From: Narcine bancroftii
Taxonomy: Eukaryota
Length of the DNA stretch: 64,000 bases
Direction: 5' to 3'
Assembly: GCF_036971445.1 (NCBI RefSeq)
Contig: NC_091480.1
Coordinates: 34,100,001-34,164,000 of the forward strand
Made by a program: the position numbers and the translations under genes. Shown one piece after another: positions 39,701 to 52,119 of the stretch. The notes beneath the pieces are model-generated. The model had not been told where the DNA came from. It did not search any database and saw nothing but the letters and a program-made list of their open reading frames with translations. Position 1 is the stretch's first letter. The number at the start of each line of letters is the position of its first letter.

Positions 39701-42700
39701 ATATGATAGAAATATTTTTTAGATAGCACATGAATATGCAGGGAGTTGGGGTATATGGATCATATGTAGGCAGAAGAGATCTAGTTTACTTTTGGATCAT
39801 ATTTGACGTCGATATTGTGAGCCTGTTCTTCTGCTGTGCTTTTTCGATATTTTATGTTCGCTGCAAGCCATCCAAAGACAATGGCTTTGGTTTTTCTGAA
39901 CATATTATTGGTGAAAATGAGTGCTGAGCACGTAGTTAAAAAAAAATCAGGAAGTTCAGGGTTGAGAGAGTGTTGGGTTTTGCCAGCGTGGTCGCGGGGC
40001 ATGAAGTTTTGTCCATTGCGATTTCACTGCAGGGTACGTTATAGTAGAAGAATTCGGCAGAAACCAGTGATCAACCTCAGACGATAACCAGGGAATGAAT
40101 GAATGAGATAGCTTAGAAAAAAAGGTCATTCAAAACAATTTAATCATGTGTGTTACTGTAAAAGCAGCTTAACTGGTCCCGCATCTCTGCACTGTTCTGC
40201 ATATCAAACACCCATTCAAGAAATGAGCCCAATGAGGTTCCTGATTATCATGACAGAAGGAGAAAGGATAGATGAAGTTTAGCTTTCCAGTGACAGAGTG
40301 TTATTGAGACGAGTATTATAAAAGCACTTTTAAACTGGTGAAATTGCAGACCCACTGCCTTTCTGTACAAACATTTATAATATAATATACATTTTTTTCT
40401 TGATAAACAAAGCATCCATCTCTTTTTGACTAACCAAAAGACTGAAGAACATTTTAAAAGCAAACAATGATTGCTGTATGCATTGCAGCCATACAAAAGT
40501 TCAATACCGCAATGGTATTCACAACACCAAAATCCCTATCTGAATCAATGTTCATCTTGATGTGTTTCATGAAGTAGAGATCGAGAAGATAGAACTTACA
40601 ACACCTAGTGAAACGGTGTTCTTAAATATCTGGATCCTGAATTTGGCGCTCCCGGAGCTGCTGTAACGGTAATGTTGTTGCTGGTGTGGACCTGGGAGAG
40701 TGGGGGGCGGAGACACGGTGTTAATGTTGATGTCTCCATATAGGCTTTAAGCAGCCTGCTAAAGGAGCCAATAGTGTTTACTTTAAATCCTGTAACCACA
40801 TGTCTGTGTCAAAAATGGTGATGCCTGTGCTGGGCCACATACCATGAGGAATTAGAGACTCCGGGGGTGGGGGTGGGGGAAACAGACCAGCGCAGGGCAT
40901 CAGAAACACGGAGAGACACCCCACCCCCACTCTGTTGAGAAGGAGAAGCATGGGAGATGACCCTTCCAGGGGATGTCCATGGCAGAGGACTAACATGGGG
41001 CTCAGTGGCTGAAAGACCCACACAGACTGCAGGCTGCTGGAGACTGGCTCATGGGAACCAGGTATCAAAATCAGAATTTGAGAGGGTGCTGAGGGCAAGA
41101 AGGGCTCCCAAAGGGTTTTGGGTGCTGAAGCCTTCCTGATCGTATTGGAGGTTTGGATCTGGAGCTCGGGTTGCAGATGGTTTGAACTGATCTGTGTGTC
41201 TGTAGTGGCTGCACGAGCACTGGAGGAGAATCCACGGACACTCAGTGTCTCTGAAGGGACTTTGCTTCTCTTTCTCCTATTGTTAGGGGCACTTATCAAT
41301 GTTCATGGCCTTATGGCAGGCAGAAGTTTCATTTTTAATATATTCTTATGTCACAAGTTTTGAACTTTTAATGGGCACAATGTGCCTGAGTTACAAGCCT
41401 TGCTTCCATCTGAATCATTTTCTTCCTAATTTGTTGAGTGCCCATTTGCAGTCCTTGAATGACTACTGTTCCTGATACATAGCTCACTATTAATTTTTGT
41501 ATCTCTGCAGGTTAATGTGGCAAAAATACTGTGGCCAAAAGCAGGAGTAAGTCATGCAGGAACAGCTATTCTTTGGAGATTCAATTTTACAAGATAGGAC
41601 AGAACTACCAAGGAATGAAAAAAATGTCATTGATTTCTATGTGGAATTAAATATGATGGAATAAAATTAGAGGGCATAAGAATACAGTCCAGACTTGTAG
41701 GCCATTTGGAGTCTTTCTTCTAAGTTTATGAGACGCTTGTGTGGAATGCATATTCTCTTTTGCTTCTTGTGGGAAATTGATTTGCAAGCATTCAATAAAT
41801 GTAATTTTAAAAAGCAGTGTAACTACAAAGATAAAACACTGCCATCCAATGTTTAGGGCTGTTATCACTTCTCATATTTATTTACCAGTGTCAAAATCAC
41901 AAAGTAAGAAATACTATCCATTAAATAAGACATACAGAATAATTGGTACTGAACGAGGAAGAGAAGTGGAGGTGAAATTCCAGAATTCCGGGAGCATGCC
42001 TAAACGATCAAAATTAACCTACAACAATCAAATTTAATAACACACTACATGAATAAATAGTTTTTCAATTAATATTTTAATCATGAAGTGCTTTTTTTGG
42101 TTTTTGCAAGGACATATGGTAATATGAATGAAATCGATCCTACAAGTTGTATAATGGTAGCATAATTTAGGTCCTTGCGACATATTCAGTTTTGAATATC
42201 GATACTGTATTACATTATAATAGTGTTTAATGTGACAATTGTAATTTCAAAATAACTTGTGTTTGTGGAAAGAATAAATAATTTAAATTTTAAGTCTGTA
42301 ATTGTGGACGAAGAAGGGGTCTTAAAAACAAAATCTTACATACAATTAGAGCTGTATTTTCCAACTTTAGCAAATTAGTGACTGCCATTCAGAAACATTT
42401 TAATATCGAACTTAAATTGAGAACTATTGCAACATTACTCAGACACATAGTGGTTACTTTATTCCTGTTGGAATTGTTTTTATTTGCCCTGGCACTCCCA
42501 TTCATATCTGGGAATTAGGTGATGTTCTTATAATTGTTTAATTATCATGGGGCATCTGAATAGTTGCTTTCAGCCCAAAAGACGCATCTCAGTACAAGAA
42601 ATTAGTTTACTGCCAGAAACATGTTCTTAATATAAATGCAACAGCTGTTGTGAAAGGTGACAGCCAAAAACAAATTAATGTTCCATATCTGCTTTGCCAT

Positions 42701-43009
42701 TATAAAAATCAAGGCTTGCGAACATTGGAGGCAATTGGAGTCATATATTCTGGCAACCATCGGGTTTAAGTAGCTTTGCTTCACTGTTGCACAGGCAGCA
42801 AGTGATTTAGTTTCGCCATTCAGTTCTTTGTGATATCATTGTAAAAAGTAATTATATGAAAAGTAACTTCAACATAAGTGAGAGCTAAATGGTTAGCGTT
42901 ATTTAGGATGGTTCAGCCACTCAGCTCCCACTGATTATCACTCACTGCAAACTGTGTATTTAATTTATGTCAAATACTGGAGGTTGAAAATTAAAGGATT
43001 AGTGTAGAG

Positions 43010-43373
43010 CAGGGGTCCCCAAAGTGGTTGATATTGACCCCTGGGGGTTGATGGGGACAATCCAAGGGGTCAATAAATGCCAGGGGGTCAAAAGGGGGGA
43101 TTGATAAATGGCAGGGGTGGGGGGAGGGGGTCTTGATTGAACTACTGTGGTCAAAAGTAGGGGCATGTCTACGGAAAATAGTGCTTAATGGCGAGAGCTG
43201 GCCTTGGCAGCCAGCATGTTGTATTTGGCTTCAGCCTCTAAGGACTGACAGAGTGGCAAGTCCGTCACCACCCTCCATCCTGTGATGCCCCCAGTCCAGC
43301 ACCACCACAACCCTCCCACCACCCCAAGGATTCCTTGAAGGGGTCGATGGTCTAAAAAGTTTGGGGACTTCTT
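43010..43373. mobile_element. hAT MITE
   Basis: CAGGGGTCCCCAAA...TTTGGGGACTTCTT ends with a perfect 8-bp TSD GTGTAGAG. Confidence 0.85.
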
Positions 43374-44960
43374 GTGTAGAGGTCAGCACCACACTATTAT
43401 ATAGTGCCAGGATCTGTATCCGGTGCTGTCTGTAGGGAATTTGTAAATTCTCCCTGTCTCCATGGTTTTCTCCAGGTGCACCGGGTTTCCTCCCATTTTC
43501 CAAAGATGCATAGGGTTAGTAGGTTAATTTGTCATGTGGGTGTTCTTGGGCTTGCGACCATGCTGTATCTCTAAATTAAAAATTAAATAATCAGTGTTTT
43601 TAAACTCATCATTTGCTTTTTCAAATACAAAATAGTAGAAATTGGTTTCGGTATAATTTCATGCACAGAACAATATATCACAGGGCCACAAAGAAGACTC
43701 CAAATTTGTATGACTTGTCAGTAAAAATAAGCTCTGCAGACTGCCAGTTTATTGGTTCCTTTGCTCGTGGAACCCATTATTTTCATGCAATCCTGGCATC
43801 ATTTGAAGGCAGAGTGTAGTTCTTAAATGGACAAAGGTCTTTTCACCAAGAATTTTGTGCGATGACCTGTGAAGAGAGGCTGCAGTGCCCTTTCAGTTTC
43901 TGAACATTTCTTTGGAGGTTGTGGTGAAGGAAGTTAGCAGAGAGTTGAAAAGCCTTTATCCACCAGGTTGTAGGAAGACATCCAGGAGAGTTGCCTCGTC
44001 CAGTTGGCCAGTGGGGTACCCCATCTATCATTTCACCATTTCCAATAGCAATACCAACACTCTCCTCCAAAATTATTGTGACATACTTCAAACCTTTTAG
44101 CTTCTATCAGTACATCTGAATCCCCTGATCACAATTGTTTGGCACCTGTTGGTTGGTGCCATTCCATCCGAATGTGCAGATCACATTAAAATCCAAGGAT
44201 TGCTACAGGTTTCTGCACACTGCTTCTATTTTGAGAACAAGTTATTCACATTCTGAGCAAGTGTGCATCAGGAACTTGACATTTGGTGAGAATATAAACA
44301 GCCCCACATTGTTTTATTCTAATGCCATTTACCTATAATAACGTTAATCATTACCTCCAAAAGCTGTTTCCTGAATACTCATACCATTACGTGCTGGGTG
44401 AACACAGGTACTGATATGGGAACAATAATACTAATAAAGTATATTTAAATAATGTGGCAGGTAAAGAAGGCTGTTGAGAACATGGGACAATATGGCAGCG
44501 TGCGCACTCCTTCCCCTGGATGGTGTATTCTTGAATCTGGCTTTGCGGCTTCTGTTTCAGACCTGAAAACATGTGAGACACATCACAATTTTGCCCTGTG
44601 ATTTTTCACAAAATATGTAAACTTCTCCATATGTGCACGAATAAAGGTAAAAATGGAGAAATTAGAATTTTAGTCAATTTTGTAGGAGGTCAGAGTATCT
44701 GGATATTTGCACTAAAATACAGAATATGCATTGCAGCTGAAGTATGAGATGAATGGGACATATCAAATCACGTAGTTTATGAAAACTTGAGGGCTTTCCT
44801 TTAATTCACAAATGCGACTCCACTATTTCCTGTTTGATACCATTCCATTTTCAACAATGTTTGCGATTCTTTTTTTTTTCCAGATGTTGTAGAGATCTGT
44901 TCCAGTGCTGGGTGTTAATTAGGCTCTCCTGTCTAAGTACCAACTTACAATTTGCTGGAT

Positions 44961-45933
44961 TCATATTATCCTATTCTGTGTTATTGGTCCTAACCTTTCT
45001 GCCATTGAAGGGCTGACCATGCACAACTTATCCTCGTCCTTCTGATTTTCAACTGATTGCAACCTTTTCAAGGTCTCACCCTCTGTGTGGTACTCCTCGG
45101 CCAACGGAAGCAGGTGCCGAGGTCGTAAGTTGAATTTTCCATCTGCACTAAGAGGTACACTGGAGTCTGCTTCACATTTTGTTGCTCTGTTTATGTAAGT
45201 AGTCTCTGTTGATATGCTCTTTGGCAGCCGGGGGATGCTTGCTTTAATCATATCTGGCTTATTAGTTGTAACTCTGTGGATTTCTGAAGGGGTTCTGAGT
45301 CTTTCAAAGTTGTGCACTTTCACGCATAAATCCAATGACTTATTGTCTGTGTTCGCAAAACAGTCTTGCGATGCTCTTACTTTACTGATTGTCCTTTCTG
45401 TACACTTGCTGTCCATTTTCTCCACTCTTTTTAAGCTATTGTTCTGCATACCGCAATTTTCAAATATTTCTTCTGAGTTTTCACTCTTCTTATGACTCTT
45501 CACAATCCCATCGAGTGACTTTTTGACAGAAAGGTCCAAGGGTCCTTCATGTTGTTTGGATGTCTTTTCCAATGCCTGCCGGATATGGAACAATTCCTTC
45601 CTAATCTTAGTTAGTTGGCCCCTTAATTGTTTCTGCCCAGGTGTATCTTCATTATCCACAAAGCACAGTTGTTCTTCAACATCTTGATATTCGTGGATAA
45701 CTTTACAAAGGTCATTTATCAGCACTATGGAGCTATTGTCTGTCTTACGGCAGTTTGATGTTTTACCAGATTTGCAGAGGCTGTTACATTCTGGGGAAGA
45801 TGAAGATGGGGACATTTGTCTCAACTCTGGGCTGCTCCTTTGATTTCCTTTTGTCATTTCTTCAAGCTCTGTGCTCCACTGAGGAAGTATCTTTTGGTGA
45901 GGTGCCGACGTGGTCTCAATGCAAGGTGATGAA
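44961..45933 (-). CDS. PRR35: PRR35 last coding exon
   Basis: Acceptor ttttctctccag|T at 45933 gives AG|T TCA TCA CCT..., in frame with ORF 44961..45857. Contains PRR35 C-terminal blocks LRGQLTKIRKELFHIRQALE, PLDLSVK and TKCEADSSVP. Joined CDS 1610+973=2583 nt, 860 aa. Confidence 0.9.
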
Positions 45934-46199
45934 CTGGAGAGAAAATTTGGTTATGATTATGCAAAATAAATAATGTTTGAACTAAACAGAAATTTCATCA
46001 TGGACAACTTAACTCCAATTATTGATCTATTTAGTTATCTTGCCTTATTAGGCATAAGATAACCAGTAATTAATCTCTATGAAATCTTCTTTCAAACCCA
46101 TTGTTACAAGTAATCTTGAAAATTTATATTTTGACTAAGCCAACTATTCCCACTGAGAAACATTATTTTGTTATATGTATATATTAAAAGGAATTAAGA

Positions 46200-46580
46200 A
46201 GCATCCAGCTATGAATCCGTTGGTGGAAATCTTTCCTCAGAGTTAGTAGACTGTAGGCTCAGGTCCCACCTTGGAGACTCTAAGTGCATGATGGCATTGA
46301 TGTGGTCATTTAGATGGTCATTTGAGATCACGTCAGCTCTCACAGGAGAGTGTAGAAGATCCCATCGTAGAATTTTGAAAAAAGGCAAGAGCATTAACTC
46401 TGGTCACCTGACCGATATTTATCTCTTAACCAATGTCACAGAAACAGATTATCTGGTTGAAGGAATTTGCTGGATGCACCTTGGCAATTGTGCTTGTTGT
46501 GTCAAAGCAACTTGTGTTAACACCTTAAAATGTCATGCCAAGAACATAAATGGGCTAATATAAAGCTCTTCTTTCTTAAA
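46200..46580 (+). mobile_element. DeuSINE-like SINE in the PRR35 intron
   Basis: gtagaagatcccat...atatttatctcttaaccaatgtcacagaaacagattatctggt matches the Deu-domain consensus as recalled. Confidence 0.6.
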
Positions 46581-46898
46581 AATGACACTTCAGAGGTAAT
46601 TTAGGGAAATAATTCTCAGCTATGTGTGTGTGTGAGAATCTGTGAAGTTGAGGACTTTCAACAGGGCCGAATTGTACTGAATCCTGCTCTTCCTTCGATG
46701 CTGCGGGAAGTGGGTGTCGAATGAAAAATCAAACCCACATTCCTTCACCGTTGCTCTCCCCTCATCCTCCACTCTAACAAGTTGTTGCAGTGGAAGAAAC
46801 AGGTATGTGGGGATGACATTTAACGGTCAGCATTTTCACCATATGCATCTCAATTCCATGATTGGGTAAGAAATGTGAGCTGGCTGAATGACAGACAA

Positions 46899-47499
46899 CA
46901 CGGGACAATGAAAATTTTGCTTCCAAAATACTTTTGGGTTTTGGGCAGCTAATAACAAAAATCACCTTAAAAGATTCCTATCACAGACCCTTTTTTTTAG
47001 GTGTAACCAATTTTTGTGATTTCCTGTCATATTTTAAGTCTTATTCAAACATACAAAACCGTGAAGTGCAACATGTCATTGAAAATTCATTTTCTGCATT
47101 CACACTTGGACTTCTCTGCTGATCTTGATGCAGTCATTGAAGAACATGATGAAAGGTTTCACCAAGATATTGCAATCATGGAAAAGCAGTATCTGGGCAA
47201 CTTGAATCCATCAATGCTGGCCGACTATTGTTGGATACTAACACGAGAGACATCAGATGCTGAGTACAAATGAAAATCAGCGGCAAAACATTTTTAGGTC
47301 AGTTGAACTAATGCAATATGTCAGCATCATTATGAGGGAAACATCCTAAATTCAATAAAAGTTAATGTTTCTCCAACTTTCTACGTGATACAGCAAATCT
47401 GAAATTATCTTTGTGTTCAGCTTGAAGTTGACTATCATAATCCCCAATTTTTTTTTCAGGAAGCAAACCTTTTGGGGAAAAAAAAATTGTTGCCCAGTG
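46899..47499 (+). mobile_element. CMC-Chapaev3 DNA transposon, internally deleted
   Basis: Transposase C-terminus CNMSLKIHFLHSHLDF..EEHDERFHQDIAIMEKQYLG..NPSMLADYCW; CAC...GTG termini with imperfect TIR (both ends share TTTGCTTCC); 3-bp TSD CAA. Confidence 0.8.
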
Positions 47500-48698
47500 C
47501 AATCAGTCTGCTTATTATCACTCATTCTGCACCTCTACCAAAGCACAATTTTATCCCTACATAATAGCTAGGGAATTATAAAATGTATTGACATGTTCAT
47601 GACAATAAATTCTGATTCTGGAAAAATGTTGATCTTGTCACTAAAAATGAAAACATGAAAAAAAGAATAGCATGCATGGTGGAACAGAGATGATGTTGCC
47701 ATTGCTCAATGATCTGCAAGGACGGCACAGTTAGCAAAGCAGTTAGCGCAATGCCATTACAGTGCCAGTGACTCGGGATTGAATCCGGTGCTGTCTGCAA
47801 TGAGTTTATATGTTCTCCCCATGGCTATGTGGGTTTCCTCCAGGTGCTCCAGTTTACTCCCACTCTTCGAAACATACAGAAGTTGTAGGTTAATTGGGAT
47901 AATTTGGCTGCATGGGCTCGGGTGGGGGTGTGGGGGTTTACGGAAGCAGGGCCTGCTACTGTGCTGTATGTCTAAATTTTAAAAATATAAATCTAAACGT
48001 AGTATTCTTGGCTGTGAAACAAGAAAATTAGTGTGATTGTAGTTAATACACAAAAGTGCTGTAGAACCTCAGCAGGAGCCACAACATCTAGGCAGAAGAT
48101 GTGTCCAGCCCTGCAGATGACGGAACATGTATCCCCATCTATCCCGCCGAACTCTCAAATGCTTGTTTATATATACAGAGTGTCCTTAAGTTGGGTGATA
48201 AGAACACTGGAAGGATCTGTATCTAATTAGTTTACTTATTTTTAGTATGGAAGAGAGCAATGACTTTGAGTACATTATCCCAACAATAACATAATTGATG
48301 ATGAGATACTTTGGGATGTTCTGAACATATAAGCAGTAGTATATATTCTCTACTGCAGTTGTGCAATTGAAAAGTTTTCTAAAGAATCTTTTGAAATATG
48401 CAATAATGGTATCAGTAGAATTCAAACAAGCACATGCAATATTCCCCAACATATAACAAGTCCATGGAGTCAGAAATATACCCTTCCGTCTTCTGATCTG
48501 ATCAATAATCTGGTTGCCCTGTGCAAAAATAAAATTAAAGATCTCTAACAATGAAGTTGAAGCAAAGAAAATTACTCATACATGTCAAATCCTGGTGCTA
48601 CATTCATAAATAATAATTATTTTGACAAGATTCACAGTTCCCAAGTGGAAATTATGAACATTATTTACATACTTCATTGGGTATTACGAACTTCAATA

Positions 48699-49129
48699 CA
48701 GTACAACTCCAATTATCCAAAGTTGGATTCTCCGAAATCCTCAGTTATCCAAAATTTTATTTGGAGCCAAACTGACCGGGGACCTTGGGCTTCTGGCGAC
48801 AGCAGCAGCAGACCTCGGGCTCCCGGTAGCAGCGGGGACCTCAAGCTCCTAGGCAGGAGCAGGACCCTTGGGCCCCCAGCACAAGCATGGTCTCAGTGTG
48901 GAGGTGGCAGTGATCGGCAGTGGCCAGCATTTTTTTTTTTGGTGAGAGTTAAACATTATTTTGATGCTTAAAAAGCCTTCCCTTCTTGTTTGTTGTTATT
49001 TAAACACTATTACAAGTGATTTTCTGTTGCTACTGGGCTGTTTTTAAAAAAATGACTGGTTCTCCTAAAAAGGTGTTTATCCGATATGGGCCTGGTCTCG
49101 ACCATTTTGGATAATCAGAGTTGTATGTG
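48699..49129. mobile_element. Tc1/mariner (pogo/Tigger-like) MITE
   Basis: TA|CAGTACAACTCCAATTATCC...GGATAATCAGAGTTGTA inverted ends; right end degenerate. Confidence 0.7.
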
Positions 49130-50509
49130 AGGAATACTTTCAAGTCAAATTCAAACTTCTCCACAATCATCTGAATATAAGGTAGGTGCCAGGGAGAAAA
49201 TGCAAAGGAATTAATATTAAAGAATTTTTTGAGATACAGTAACAGGCCCTTCTGTCCCATGAACCCGTGCTGCCCCAAATACACCAATTGACCTACAAGC
49301 CCCGTACAATTTTTTGGAGGGTGAGAGGAAACTGAAGCACCCGGAGGAAATCCATGAATACACGGAGAGAACGTATAAACTCCTTACAGACAGCGCCGGA
49401 TTCGAACCCGGGTCTGATTCCTGATGCACAGGTTGTGTCTTCCATCAGAATCTGCATCATTGCTGGAAAAAATCTGGCAATAGGCAGAATACCATGAGAA
49501 TCCTTCTCATACTCAAATGTTCTTTTTCATTTCCCCCTTTAAATGTCTATTCTTAAACCATGCCTCGCATTGAATGTTGAACTGCCACAGAAAGTTGTTG
49601 AAGCTAGCCCATTAGATATATTCATAAAGGATTTGGACATGGACCTTATTAAAGGGATGAAGGGGTAGCATGAGAAAGAAGGAATAGGTACTGAAGTCAC
49701 ATGATCAGCCATGTTCACACTGAATGATGGTGCAGGCTAAAATACCCAAATGGACTACTGTGGCACATATTTTCTATGATTTTTATGATTTTATTAATGG
49801 ATAAATACAAAGATGGTGTTTTATTCTAACCATTGATGTTTACATTGGAAGTTATTTGTTCAGAAACACACACCCTGTAGAGGAATCAATTGAACATTGA
49901 TTTAGGTACCTGGACCAAGAAGACATGGATCTAAGTTAAGAAGTAAGTAATTGAGAGAAGTGGAATTTATGGTTGTGAAGCTAAAAAATGCTGGACAGCT
50001 GAATATCTGATCAATGGCGAGTATTACCCATCCAGTATGGACACTGGAACTGAAGAAGGCAACGGGAAACCACCTTGTATAATCATGAACTTAACATTGA
50101 CTATGTTCTCAGCTCAAAGAGGAAGCCTTCATCAAAGGAGAGGAGACAATAACTAATTTGGAAGGTCAGAGATCTTGACGGACGGAGAGACATGATCGCC
50201 TACACCAGACGGCAAGGCACCTGAATGGTGATAGATAGGAACTTGATGGTCAGCATAGAAAGACGAGGCAAAGGGCCTGTTTCTATTCTGCATGCTCTCC
50301 ATTACTTTGTTGTAGCAGAGAAGCAGGGATTTTACTTGTTTTGATTCATGCCTTGATGATCTGATCACTCCCAATTTATTTTAATCCTTTATATTTGTTC
50401 ATTTGCTACGTGTTCTTGATCTGAGCACAATGAACAAAACATACTCCATCCAGCTAGAGCAGTAACTGAAATACATTTCAATTGTTACCAAAACAAATTG
50501 TTAACTAAC

Positions 50510-52119
50510 CTGTTGCCTGGTTCCTTTGGATTTTCTGCTGGAAGTGGACCTAATAGTAATGTTGTCCTGCTTGTGTTTTCTTTTGAATCCAGTGATGAAT
50601 GTGATGTATTCTCCACAAACCTTGCTGAAGCTTCATTTGTCCTTGCAGAAATGGTCATAGTTCTCTCTTGATTTTTTATAGCTTCCAGTTTAGTGGACAA
50701 ATTTTCAGCATCTCTTGAGTTGTTACAAGTTGGAGACTTGTACATAAATGCAGTTTTGTGAGTTATTGTGGTATTTTCCCTGGTTTGTGTTGAATATTTC
50801 TGTTCAGCATCATGGGATAACAAGGACTTGAAATTGGTATTAGCTAGACTCCCTTCCACCTGACCCGAGGTTTTGCTTATATGAGGCCTTAGGATAGGAA
50901 TCTTATGTAAATATGTTTTATTGGGAATATCAGGCATTTGTGGTGTAAGGATATTCGGAGTCATTGGGCTTGCTGCCTCTTGGTCATTCTTCCCTGTTGT
51001 TACTCTGTTCTCTGCTGAATTAAATGTCTGCTCAAATAACAGGGGATAGAAAAATCTGGACGGAGCTGGAGATCTTCCTGGAAGAGGTGCAGATTGCAAA
51101 TGCCCAGATCGTGGAGGAACTAACTGAGTCGAGGTTAGAAAAGGCAGCTGGGCCATTTGTGCAGGTGTTGTTCCATTGGAAGTGATCCCAGGACTCAAAT
51201 AGGAGAACAGATTGTGGTTCATGGGGTAATTAACTCCAAGCACCGAGAGATTCAGACCCTGCGGCTCTTGGTAGTCTCTATATGCTGGTGGTGGATAGCA
51301 TGGAATTACATTTGTATCAGTACATGCTGAAGAAATGTCAGCTGTGCTTTTTCTCTGCCCAGATGTGACCAGCCTCCACTGTTCCATGAGAATTCCATTA
51401 CTGTTCACGCAGTTCTTAGGAAGCTTGTACTGTTTCAGCTTGGCTCCTAGTCCTGCAGCTGGTAAAATCTTATTTTTCATGACTGAGTCCTTCAGGGAAA
51501 ATACATCAGTTATAATGAAATCAGTTTCATCCTTTTTGCTTAGTTTTGCCATTTTGCTTCTTGAGGGAGATTGTACGTCAGTGTCAGGTAAACAGCTTAT
51601 CTCCTGTGCTTTTTTGTAGTCCTCTGTTGCTTTCTGTTCAGTGGGAAAGCCTAGTTTATCTCTTTCTCTGAAGGAGCATGTCCGATTATCAGACCCTTCT
51701 AAAATGGTCAGATCTGTGCTTAATTCAAAGCTGTCTTTGCACGTATCCCACTTGTCAGCAACTTTGGTTGAACTTTCAGCTGCCATTGAAATATTATCAC
51801 TGTTTTCCAAGTCTTCGCTATTTTTTCCATTTTGCCCACATTCTGCAGTACTTTGCAATAAGCGAAGATCAGAATTCAGAATATTGTTTTTCTTGTACGG
51901 CCAATCCGACTCTATGAGCAGTGAAAGAGAATTTTTACATAAGCTGTACTTCATGTGGTTATAAAGATGTGATTTCTCCATACAGGTGAAAGGACATTGA
52001 AAGCATTTGTAGTTGTATGGTTTGCCCCATGGTCTGGGAATGTAATGCGGCTTCTTTGGTTTGCGTTCCTTGTGCTTGCAGACTGCACTGATCTTACAGC
52101 TTACCTCGTCTTTGGACAT
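50510..52119 (-). CDS. PRR35: Proline-rich protein 35 (ZNF750 family), first coding exon
   Basis: ORF 50485..52143; ATG at 52119 (MSKDEVSCK). Contains RKPKKPHYIPRPWGKPYNYKCFQCPFTCMEKSHLYNHMKYSLCK; the PWGKPYNY/HLYNHMKYSL residues match PRR35 rather than ZNF750 (PPGKPFKY/HLFNHMKYGL). Also has PRR35 blocks PCYPPP, LGVNYP..LFSYL and YPLLFEQT. Upstream acceptor ttatcttttag|G puts the exon start at 52268; donor AG|GTTAGT at 50510/50509, phase 2. Confidence 0.93.
51937..52065 (-). other. ZNF750/PRR35-type atypical zinc finger with basic NLS-like leader
   Basis: RKPKKPHYIPRP followed by C-x2-C-x12-H-x5-C in the translation. Confidence 0.88.

Noticed and set aside
1-44000. NHLRC4 or PIGQ, expected downstream from mammalian synteny
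   Set aside because: No NHL-repeat or PIGQ-like translation in any frame I could recognise; they may lie outside the window.
44850-44965. Frameshifted C-terminal extension of PRR35
   Set aside because: A short alternative open frame follows the stop, but I recognise no homology; it needs ortholog alignment.
45214-51964. Plus-strand ORFs overlapping PRR35 exons (45214, 45755, 51335, 51641, 51678)
   Set aside because: Antisense shadows of the real coding sequence with no recognisable motifs.
44961-52119. ZNF750 nested in TBCD
   Set aside because: Diagnostic residues and C-terminal blocks match PRR35, and I found no TBCD-like exons on the plus strand.
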